IMG/VR virus record: IMGVR_UViG_3300012894_000016
Span: 1-33,381 of that record
Strand: one strand, 5' to 3'
DNA: 33,381 bases
Source: a virus
Lineage: Duplodnaviria; Caudoviricetes
The notes under the pieces are model-generated. The model did not search any database. It had not been told where the DNA came from and saw only the letters and a list, made by a program, of their open reading frames with translations. The translations under genes and the position numbers were made by a program. The first letter of the stretch is position 1. Each line of letters starts with the position of its first letter. Shown here one piece after another: positions 26,881-33,381 of this stretch.

Positions 26881-28278
26881 TCAGGTGGTGGCGTTGGGGT
26901 CGCCCTCGTTGTCGGCGGGCACCGGGTCGTTCCCGGTTCCCTTGGCGGTGGGTGTAGCCGTGACCTGCCCGAAGTTCAAGCCCGCGGCCGCCATCAGGTC
27001 GGCTTCTGCAGCTGGGTCGAACCCGAGACTTCCGCTGAGGGTCTGCGGGCTGGCGAGGCCCAGATCGCTGGCCGCCTCAGCCTTGGCGATCAAGTCGGCA
27101 AGGTTCTCCTGCGTAATGGCCGGGAAGACCCAGGGCACCTCGATCTGGTCGGCCAGGACCCAGCGCGTGCGCTTCTTGCGGGTCTTACCGTCGTCTGCCA
27201 CCTCGTAGAAGGTGACCCTGTACTTGCGGTCCAGCCCGTTCCGGCGCTTCAGTTCTGCCCGGAAGAGGCCGTCGAGGTGGCTACGGAGCGCGCCTTGAAC
27301 CCGCTTCACGCTGCGGATGGCCGGGAGCGTCATGCTGGTCGCCGTGGTGCGCGTGACTGTGCCGCCCTCGCCCAGGTAATGCTCCGGCATGCCGATCACG
27401 TTCAGGGCCACCAGGCGGACGTAGCTCCGTGCATCGGTCTCGGCGTTCGAGGCCCCACCGCCTGGGCTGGTGAATGTCAGTTCGTCGCTGATCACCTTGC
27501 CGTCTTTGCCCTCGACCATTGCCAGGGTGACGATGCCGCCATTCTTCGGCAGCCGCCTGTACGCGCCCGCCTTCTCCTGATAGATCGCCCTGGAGTTGGG
27601 GTCCTTGCGGTCGATGAAGACTTTCTGCACGCCGAGCAGGCGGCCCTGGAGGGCGTGCACGTTCAGCCTGTGACCCATCAGCGCCAGATGGGCGTTGGCT
27701 GGCCCGACCGCACGCATGGCCACCGGCCAGCCGCGCGGGTCATTCCAGAGCGCGTTGTGCGCCGTGAAGACGAACTGGCCAGCCTCCCAGGTGATCGGCT
27801 GGCCGTTCGAGCCGTTGGTCTTCACGCTGGTGATGCCGTTGATGGTGTCGGCTTCGATTCGCACGCCGGTATGCATGTCCAGGTGGGCCACCCGAGCAGC
27901 AACATCGCCAAGGTCGTCCTGGGGGAACACGGCGCACAGCTCACCGTCAAGCAAGTACTCGATGCACAGGCGACTGCTGACCAGGTGCCCGAGGTTGTTG
28001 GTGGTCCAGAAGTCGTCGAGCGCTCCCTTCGCGGTCTTGTCGGCGTTCAGGGTGCCGTACGTGAACTCGTCACCGATCAGCAGGGCGGCGGCGATCTCGA
28101 TGGCTGCGCCGAAGAGGGGATTGTTGAAAAAGGCAGCGCGGGTGCGCTGCCTGACGATTGCCCGGTCCACCCCATAGATACGGGGATCGACGGTGTTGCC
28201 CATGTCCCAGGGCAGGCCCTCACGCCACGCCTCGCCGCGGTCTTCGAGCAATTGTCCGTCTGGTCCGTACAGCTCCAT
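26881..28278 (-). CDS. Portal protein
   Basis: 465 aa right after the large terminase; AGGAGGTGA RBS; segments EYLLDGEL and GMPEHYLG are portal-like. Confidence 0.8.
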   Translation of the reverse strand: MELYGPDGQLLEDRGEAWREGLPWDMGNTVDPRIYGVDRAIVRQRTRAAFFNNPLFGAAIEIAAALLIGDEFTYGTLNADKTAKGALDDFWTTNNLGHLVSSRLCIEYLLDGELCAVFPQDDLGDVAARVAHLDMHTGVRIEADTINGITSVKTNGSNGQPITWEAGQFVFTAHNALWNDPRGWPVAMRAVGPANAHLALMGHRLNVHALQGRLLGVQKVFIDRKDPNSRAIYQEKAGAYRRLPKNGGIVTLAMVEGKDGKVISDELTFTSPGGGASNAETDARSYVRLVALNVIGMPEHYLGEGGTVTRTTATSMTLPAIRSVKRVQGALRSHLDGLFRAELKRRNGLDRKYRVTFYEVADDGKTRKKRTRWVLADQIEVPWVFPAITQENLADLIAKAEAASDLGLASPQTLSGSLGFDPAAEADLMAAAGLNFGQVTATPTAKGTGNDPVPADNEGDPNATT

Positions 28279-28290
28279 GCTTCACCTCCT

Positions 28291-30063
28291 TCATTCGTCC
28301 CAGCCGAGCGGGTCGAGTTCATCCAGGAACGCGATGGCGTCGCTGTTGGTTGGGGCGGTGAAGAGCCGCTCCGGGGCGAGGGTCAGCACGGCCGCGTCGC
28401 CGTCGTCGGGTGACTGGCCTTTGTGCCGCTTCTTGAAGACCTTCTTCTGCTCCAGCTTGCGGAGATCCCGGTCGCCCTTGGTCACGTAGCCGTACCGGCG
28501 GTCGGTCAGGTCGCGCCGCAGGGTCGCCCCCGGCTGCACGATCTGTACCACGCTCAGTACTTCGTCGGCCAGCGCATACATTTCGGTGACCACGTCCGAG
28601 TACTGCTCACGGTCCTGGGCTCCAGCACCGAACTGCACCTCGTGCACCGTGAAGCCCAACGGGAAAAGCTCCACGAGTTCCTGGAGCTTACGCAGGCCGT
28701 CCACGATGCCGCCACCGTACCCGCCGCTCCCGTCCACTCGAACGCTGGCCTGCCGCGCGCCGCGGGCATGTGCAGCTTCGAGGGCCTTCCTGGCCTCCTG
28801 CACGTAGCGGTCGGTGCGCGTGAACTCGTCGGCCTCCTGTGCCCCTTGGATGGCCGTCTCGTACCGCAGCTTCCTGGCTTGCAGGCTGTACAACACCCCG
28901 GAGTCGTCGCCGTACCGTCCGCAGTCGATGCCGAGCTGCACCACCTCCGGGCTGGCCTCGCCTACGTCGCGCTTCAGGGCGGCGTCGAAGCGGCCACCAC
29001 TGATCAGGGTGTCACCCATGCCGCCGCTTGGGGGGATGCCTAACGCGCCGTACAGGAAGCCGCGCCTCGGGGCGAAGATGGTTCCGACCGGATACATGCC
29101 GCCGCCGGTCTTCGGCACTTCCCAGGGCAGCTCGAAGGTGTAGGCGGCCTCGTCATGCTCGCCGACCACCGCGCAGCCGAAACGCTTGTGGTCCTCGATC
29201 CAGTCGTTGAAGGTGCTGCGGTGCATGCCGCCGGGCACCTCGTTGGTGCCGTTCCAGACATTCGGGAAGCCCAAGTGACTGAGACGGTAGACCTTCGCCC
29301 TGGGGTGTTCCTTCATGCCCTGGAAGGTGCTGTTGTCGGTCTTCGGGTTGGCGAGCAGCAGCCAGATGCGTACCAGGTTGCCGGTGAACTGCCGCGAGAC
29401 GCCGTCGTACATGAAGTCCGGCACGCCTTCGGCCTCGTCGAAGATCACCAGCTGGAAGTCGTTGTGCTGCCCCTGCGCGCGCTCGGAACCCTGGCCGCCC
29501 GCGTCACTGGTGGTCATGCCCAGGGCGAAGTGGTTGCCTCCCCGCTCGGCGAGGTTCTTCTTCGGCAGGAGCCCAGGCATCACATCGCGGCCACGCTGGC
29601 GGGCCGCCTGCACGTGGGTGCGGATGTCTTTCCAGAGCAGGCGGGTCACCTGGAAGTCGGTGGGCGCGGTGGTGATGATCACGCTCGGGGCGAAGCAGCG
29701 GTAAAACCAGGTGGCCACTGGTGCTTCGATGCCGTAGGTCTTACCGACCGAGTGGGCCGCTTCGACCACGAAGATGTAAGGGGCTTCGGTGTCGCCGGCC
29801 AGCTGGCGGTTCACGCTGTCCTGAATGTCTTCGAGGATGTCGAGCTGGCCGGCGTAGCCATTCACGCCGCGCCAGGGGGTCATGCCGAGAATGCGTTCAC
29901 AGTACCCGACCAGGTCGTGCCGGTATTTGTTCCAGCGGTCCTGCTCACTGCCTTTGCTCCGGTCGGGGAGTTTGCCGTTCTGGCGTAGGCGCTTGCGGGC
30001 GATGGCTTGCAGCACGACTTCGCGGGTCATCCACTCTGGAGGCTTAAAGGTCATCGTCGTCAT
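28291..30063 (-). CDS. terL: Terminase large subunit
   Basis: Walker A variant AAHSVGKT, Walker B LVIFDEA, coupling motif LLANP, nuclease motifs LGIDCGRYGDD and SPDDGDA. Confidence 0.92.
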   Translation of the reverse strand: MTTMTFKPPEWMTREVVLQAIARKRLRQNGKLPDRSKGSEQDRWNKYRHDLVGYCERILGMTPWRGVNGYAGQLDILEDIQDSVNRQLAGDTEAPYIFVVEAAHSVGKTYGIEAPVATWFYRCFAPSVIITTAPTDFQVTRLLWKDIRTHVQAARQRGRDVMPGLLPKKNLAERGGNHFALGMTTSDAGGQGSERAQGQHNDFQLVIFDEAEGVPDFMYDGVSRQFTGNLVRIWLLLANPKTDNSTFQGMKEHPRAKVYRLSHLGFPNVWNGTNEVPGGMHRSTFNDWIEDHKRFGCAVVGEHDEAAYTFELPWEVPKTGGGMYPVGTIFAPRRGFLYGALGIPPSGGMGDTLISGGRFDAALKRDVGEASPEVVQLGIDCGRYGDDSGVLYSLQARKLRYETAIQGAQEADEFTRTDRYVQEARKALEAAHARGARQASVRVDGSGGYGGGIVDGLRKLQELVELFPLGFTVHEVQFGAGAQDREQYSDVVTEMYALADEVLSVVQIVQPGATLRRDLTDRRYGYVTKGDRDLRKLEQKKVFKKRHKGQSPDDGDAAVLTLAPERLFTAPTNSDAIAFLDELDPLGWDE

Positions 30064-30607
30064 CCTCCGGGGGCAACACGCCCGCCACCTGCCACAGCTC
30101 GGCCTCGCTCAGCTTGTCGAGGTCGTCAGGCGACTTGATGCGGCCCAGACGCACATTTACTTCTTCCATGCCCAGCGCTTTGCGCTCCAGCTCGGCTCCG
30201 ATCTTGGCGAAGCGGGCGATGTCCACCGGCTCCAGCGCCTCGGGATTCTGGTACTGCAGCGCAGCTGTGGCGAGCTCCATGAAGCTCTGCCCGGCCTCCT
30301 GGTGGCGCTTCCGAACTTCCACTTTCAGGTCGAGATCAAGCTCGAGCGTCTTGGTCATGACTTGGTCACGGAAGTCGCGTCGCAGATCGACCCACTTCTC
30401 GCGTGCACCACGATTCTTGATGGTACCTGGGGTGGGGTAGTCGGTTTTGTGACCCAGCGTCTCGAAGGTCACTCCTTCGTCGCCGCGGATGTACTCCCGT
30501 CGGATGGCGGACCAGTCGTATTTGGGTGCTCTGCCCCCGGCGGACTTCGGGGTGCTCGTCTTCGGCTTGGCGGCTTTGGGTTTGGCGGCCTCGGTCTTCT
30601 GGGGCAT
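30044..30607 (-). CDS. terS: Terminase small subunit
   Basis: HTH-like YDWSAIRREYIRG...REKW and C-terminal LDKLSEAEL; overlaps the terL start. Start moved to ATG 30607 (AGGAGGTGA RBS). Confidence 0.8.
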   Translation of the reverse strand: MPQKTEAAKPKAAKPKTSTPKSAGGRAPKYDWSAIRREYIRGDEGVTFETLGHKTDYPTPGTIKNRGAREKWVDLRRDFRDQVMTKTLELDLDLKVEVRKRHQEAGQSFMELATAALQYQNPEALEPVDIARFAKIGAELERKALGMEEVNVRLGRIKSPDDLDKLSEAELWQVAGVLPPEDDDDDL

Positions 30608-30626
30608 GGCTTCACCTCCTGGGTTG

Positions 30627-30632
30627 TAGCCT
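30627..30632 (+). promoter_or_regulatory. -10 box (TAGCCT) of a leaderless transcript
   Basis: TAnnnT 6 nt before ATG 30639; no SD. Confidence 0.5.
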
Positions 30633-30638
30633 TCACTC

Positions 30639-30932
30639 ATGGAATTTCTGACGTTCGAGAGGGTGGAAGGGAACAGGGTGGTCTTCAAGAGCGACGAGGG
30701 GGGTGAGCGCTCGTTCGAGATCCGGACTGGTCGAGAAGGGCACATGTACACGGCCTACTTCGCGCCGGAAGACGACTTCTCGTTTACGACTGGCAGTGAG
30801 CTGATCTTTGCTCACCCCCGTCATGTACGCTCGCAGGTCGATGCAGAGGACGCTATTCGCAACTTGCTTGTCCGCTGCGAAAAGCATGGCGATGTGATTT
30901 ACAGCGCGCCGGAAGAGGCTGAGGAGCGCTAA
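30639..30932 (+). CDS. Small acidic hypothetical protein (97 aa), divergent from terS
   Basis: Protein-like composition; leaderless promoter signature. Confidence 0.65.
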   Translation: MEFLTFERVEGNRVVFKSDEGGERSFEIRTGREGHMYTAYFAPEDDFSFTTGSELIFAHPRHVRSQVDAEDAIRNLLVRCEKHGDVIYSAPEEAEER

Positions 30933-31016
30933 TCGATTTGAACTTGCATCACTGACCACCTACTGTTGGCGAGTTCGGGCAGGTCAGGGCGGTGAAGGGA
31001 CGGGGTCGTCCAGGCC

Positions 31017-31093
31017 GGGTGTTTACCCGGGTGGGCACAAGGATTCGTAACGGGTGCGGCGTGTCCGGGCACAAAAAAACCCGCCGAAGCGGG
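31017..31093. repeat. 77-bp direct repeat, copy A
   Basis: Ungapped manual alignment to 32249..32325: 62/77 identical. Confidence 0.85.
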
Positions 31094-31094
31094 T
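31071..31094 (-). terminator. Strong intrinsic terminator
   Basis: ACCCGC-TTCG-GCGGGT followed by TTTTTTGT. Confidence 0.85.
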
Positions 31095-31203
31095 CGAAAT
31101 CGAGAATTCAGGTCAGCGTGTACGTTACTGAAGGGCTGCAATTAAGTTTTCAGGCTTTCGCCAGACCAACTTAAAAGAAATGTGCTGAATTCAATGCGGA
31201 AGG

Positions 31204-31533
31204 TCAATGAACCAGTTTGTTCTGCTGGAGGCTAAAGTGCGCCTGGTGTAGCGCAGACCGCACCAGGCGCAGGATCATCTGCTCCCGGTTTTTGAATCTC
31301 AGGTCGGCAGGTCCTGAGGAGGCGACGGCGTGTTTGCTGTTCCTGAAGGCCACGACGGCCGAGTAATGAACAATGGTACGCCCACTGTCGCTGGCCAGCT
31401 CTTTCTTCCGCCAGATCAAGTCCATCCCTGAGGCCTTCACTTCAGACAGCAGCAGCAGGTCCTTCGGCGAGAGAAGTGCTTGCCAGTCATCAAGGGGAGT
31501 GTCCGTTTCCCGGTCCAGGTTGAGCGGGATCAT
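31204..31533 (-). CDS. Hypothetical protein (109 aa)
   Basis: ATG 31533 overlaps the upstream stop (ATGA); MIPLNLDRETDTPLDDW... Confidence 0.6.
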   Translation of the reverse strand: MIPLNLDRETDTPLDDWQALLSPKDLLLLSEVKASGMDLIWRKKELASDSGRTIVHYSAVVAFRNSKHAVASSGPADLRFKNREQMILRLVRSALHQAHFSLQQNKLVH

Positions 31534-31721
31534 GCTGCCGCCTGTTCCTGCGGTGCGTACTGTTCGTCCGAAGCGACTAGGTCTGGCAACGCGAGGAGAA
31601 CCAGTAACAGGCTGGCCAGACCACACCCAATGGCTATAGGGAGGAAAACGAAGATTATGAACAGCGTAATCAGGGCGAGGACCATCGCGCCGATCAGGAG
31701 GAAGAGAGTGGACGACTGCAT
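31530..31721 (-). CDS. Small membrane protein (63 aa, two hydrophobic helices)
   Basis: TACCCT-N6-ATG at 31721; MQSSTLFLLIGAMVLALITLFIIFVFLPIAIGCGLASLLLVLLAL... Confidence 0.65.
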   Translation of the reverse strand: MQSSTLFLLIGAMVLALITLFIIFVFLPIAIGCGLASLLLVLLALPDLVASDEQYAPQEQAAA

Positions 31722-31727
31722 ACATTC

Positions 31728-31733
31728 AGGGTA
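31728..31733 (-). promoter_or_regulatory. -10 box (TACCCT) of a leaderless transcript
   Basis: TAnnnT 6 nt before ATG 31721. Confidence 0.5.
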
Positions 31734-31986
31734 CGGAATGTATGCAGCCGGATCATGCGCCGTCATTGGAAAGAGCTTCAGTTTGCGGGGGTAGATCGGC
31801 CTCCCTTTTAGGGGGACCTCCTAGATGAACACTGCTCCATGATTCGAGCGCTGAAAGAGTGCTGTGTCATTGAAGTCACGGTAGTGAAATCTCTTGAGCA
31901 TCGACTGGCGTATCCCATTTCATGCTTGGTCTTTTGGGGTATCCATTTACCTCCTATGTGCAGTCGTGGGCGTGGGGGCAAGACGG

Positions 31987-31992
31987 TAATCT
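31987..31992 (+). promoter_or_regulatory. -10 box (TAATCT) of a leaderless transcript
   Basis: TAnnnT 6 nt before ATG 31999. Confidence 0.55.
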
Positions 31993-31998
31993 GAGTGA

Positions 31999-32238
31999 AT
32001 GGAGTTCAATCCTCAGGAAGTCGTCATGAGTACGCAAAAGCAGCTTCTCGATGTCTGGTTCGAGGTGTATCTCCTCCAGGGGCATCGCGTCTCTCAGGCG
32101 GCCAGGAGGTCGCATGCTCGTTGTCTGGACTACCTTCGGGCTGTGGGCGTGCCAGAGTCGAACTTGGCGACCCTGGTGGTTGCGGAAGAGGAATGGGTGC
32201 AGGCGATGCTGACGGCGAACCCGATCAAGAAAGGATGA
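31999..32238 (+). CDS. Small hypothetical protein (79 aa)
   Basis: Leaderless signature; helical protein-like composition. Confidence 0.6.
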   Translation: MEFNPQEVVMSTQKQLLDVWFEVYLLQGHRVSQAARRSHARCLDYLRAVGVPESNLATLVVAEEEWVQAMLTANPIKKG

Positions 32239-32248
32239 TGCAAGAGCG

Positions 32249-32325
32249 GGGTGTCTACCCAGGTGGACATCAAGATTCGCAATGGGTGAGGTGTGTCTGA
32301 GCACAAAAAAGCTCGCCGAAGTGGG
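32249..32325. repeat. 77-bp direct repeat, copy B
   Basis: 62/77 identical to 31017..31093; retains the A-tract and CGAA-loop hairpin. Confidence 0.85.
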
Positions 32326-32369
32326 CAACACTTTCTATACCGGTGGACTACTCAGGCATATCGTGCCGT

Positions 32370-32606
32370 ATGAGTAAAGAACGACAGCTCACAGAACTGC
32401 ACAGCGAACGGCATCGGGGCCGGATGATCACCCTTTTTCAGGAGGACTTCACGGTCAATGCTCGGCATGGCTCGGAAACGGTCGTCAGATTCATCTCTCG
32501 AGTTGAACCGAAAGAGCAGGGCGGCTTCATGCCTGAATGTTCAGCGAGTAACCGCTTCGAGGCGATGAGAGCTGCTCAGTTGCTCATCGATCGAGAAATT
32601 CTTTGA
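32370..32606 (+). CDS. Small hypothetical protein (78 aa)
   Basis: TATCGT (32359-32364)-N5-ATG 32370; MSKERQLTELHSERHRGRMITLFQEDF... Confidence 0.6.
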   Translation: MSKERQLTELHSERHRGRMITLFQEDFTVNARHGSETVVRFISRVEPKEQGGFMPECSASNRFEAMRAAQLLIDREIL

Positions 32607-32668
32607 GTCTCCGCGAGTGGAGCGTCAGTCTGGAGTCTTCTCGCCAAGCGCAGCACTGTTCTCCCATG

Positions 32669-32700
32669 AAAAAGCCTCCACACCGAGAAGGATTGGAGGC
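32669..32700 (-). terminator. Intrinsic terminator
   Basis: GCCTCCA-13 nt-TGGAGGC followed by TTTTT. Confidence 0.6.
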
Positions 32701-32833
32701 GGTCTTGCGTCGGCAACACACGGCCGGGTTGGGTTGTGCTTCTCCTAGAGCTTAGAACACACTGTGTCACACGTCTATGACGGGAGATTTCATGAAGAAG
32801 CGCCCGCTGGGACGGGGAGCGAACGTTGCATTT

Positions 32834-33070
32834 CTACTCCTCAGGAGCGATAACCACGAAGTATCTTCCCTCCCTATTTGACGTGTCACTGACTGACAGC
32901 ACCGTACCGACAAACGGTTGCACCGGGCCGGAGAAGCAAAGCACGCGCTGTTCGGGAGCCAGCAGCGCTTTCTGCTCCACAGTGACAAGCGCGACCATCC
33001 ACCGATCACTAGAGTCACCTACCTGATCATGGGGCGAATTGAACGTGTGGTTAAGTTCGACATGCTGCAT
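32834..33070 (-). CDS. Small hypothetical protein (78 aa, beta-rich)
   Basis: TACCTT (33076-33081)-N5-ATG 33070. Confidence 0.55.
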   Translation of the reverse strand: MQHVELNHTFNSPHDQVGDSSDRWMVALVTVEQKALLAPEQRVLCFSGPVQPFVGTVLSVSDTSNREGRYFVVIAPEE

Positions 33071-33091
33071 AGCTCAAGGTACCAGCAACTG

Positions 33092-33116
33092 AAAACGCCC
33101 TCCGCTTCCGGGGGCG
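33092..33116 (-). terminator. Intrinsic terminator
   Basis: CGCCCCCG-GAAG-CGGAGGGCG followed by TTTT. Confidence 0.6.
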
Positions 33117-33173
33117 CTGCTCTAGGTAGAGTCTGTGACGTTAAATCGATGATGCCGAATTATGGACGTGGCG

Positions 33174-33380
33174 TCAAGCGGTCTCCTCTCCAAGCTCGCC
33201 TTCATCGTCTTCTTCCTCCCACTCCAAGTCTCGTTCCTCAAAGGCGCTGAGCGTCCCGAGACTCTCGTGAGGTGTTGAAGTGAGAGTGCGGCGCAGCGCT
33301 TCAAAGGCGCGAATGGCGCCGGGATAGGTATCACGGATAGATTCACGGGTCTTGAGTGCTCCCTGGTGGTCGCGATAGAT
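33174..33380 (-). CDS. 3' end of a gene entering from the right edge, acidic C-terminal tail
   Basis: Open frame IYRDHQGALKTRESIRDTYPGAIRAFEALRR...EWEEEDDEGELGEETA-stop, followed by a terminator. Confidence 0.55.
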   Translation of the reverse strand: MYRDHQGALKTRESIRDTYPGAIRAFEALRRTLTSTPHESLGTLSAFEERDLEWEEEDDEGELGEETA

Positions 33381-33381
33381 C

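Noticed and set aside
8112-30607. Tailocin, contractile injection system or gene transfer agent
   Set aside because: No sheath or baseplate wedge genes; full head and packaging set and a very long tape measure fit an ordinary siphovirus. Whether it is intact or integrated cannot be judged from this window.
868-30706. Long plus-strand ORFs (e.g. 868..2091, 2792..4531, 8701..10695, 20759..22402, 26380..28413)
   Set aside because: Antisense shadows of well-supported minus-strand genes; high-GC codon bias suppresses stops; no motifs recognised.
250-30996. Exact 16-bp direct repeat AGGTCAGGGCGGTGAA at 250-265 and 30981-30996 as attL/attR
   Set aside because: Phage genes continue beyond the left copy, no integrase or tRNA is adjacent, and a 16-mer match is near chance expectation in 33 kb of high-GC DNA. 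Both copies being intergenic leaves a small doubt.
31104-31192. Retron msr-msd, riboswitch or hammerhead assignment for the structured region
   Set aside because: No reverse transcriptase in the window, and none of the conserved cores I know match.
33122-33346. 74-aa minus-strand ORF from the track
   Set aside because: An overlapping frame (33174..33380) open from the window edge looks more protein-like.

Overview
A high-GC window holding the almost complete late region of a siphovirus-like tailed (pro)phage, transcribed on the minus strand from right to left. Gene order: terminase small and large subunits, portal, three inserted small genes (one resembling the Acb2/Tad1 helical-hairpin anti-defence sponge family), prohead protease with a probable nested scaffold, head decoration, major capsid, and head-tail genes including two proteins that share a C-terminal helix-hairpin-helix domain. 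Next come the tail tube, a tail chaperone pair with a canonical -1 frameshift site, and a 2571-aa tape measure carrying an internal NlpC/P60-like domain. Then tail-tip genes, three putative receptor-binding proteins (SGNH esterase; collagen-repeat fibre; beta-helix plus NodB deacetylase), and a lysis cassette with a GH19 endolysin and several membrane proteins. No sheath, integrase, repressor, tRNA or CRISPR array is visible. The right-hand 2.8 kb is an accessory region of small genes. Five of them have a TAnnnT-N5/6-ATG leaderless promoter signature, which suggests a Deinococcus-type host (inference). This region also has several intrinsic terminators, a 77-bp ~81%-identical direct repeat and a candidate structured RNA. 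All calls come from reading motifs and gene order by eye; no database search was run.
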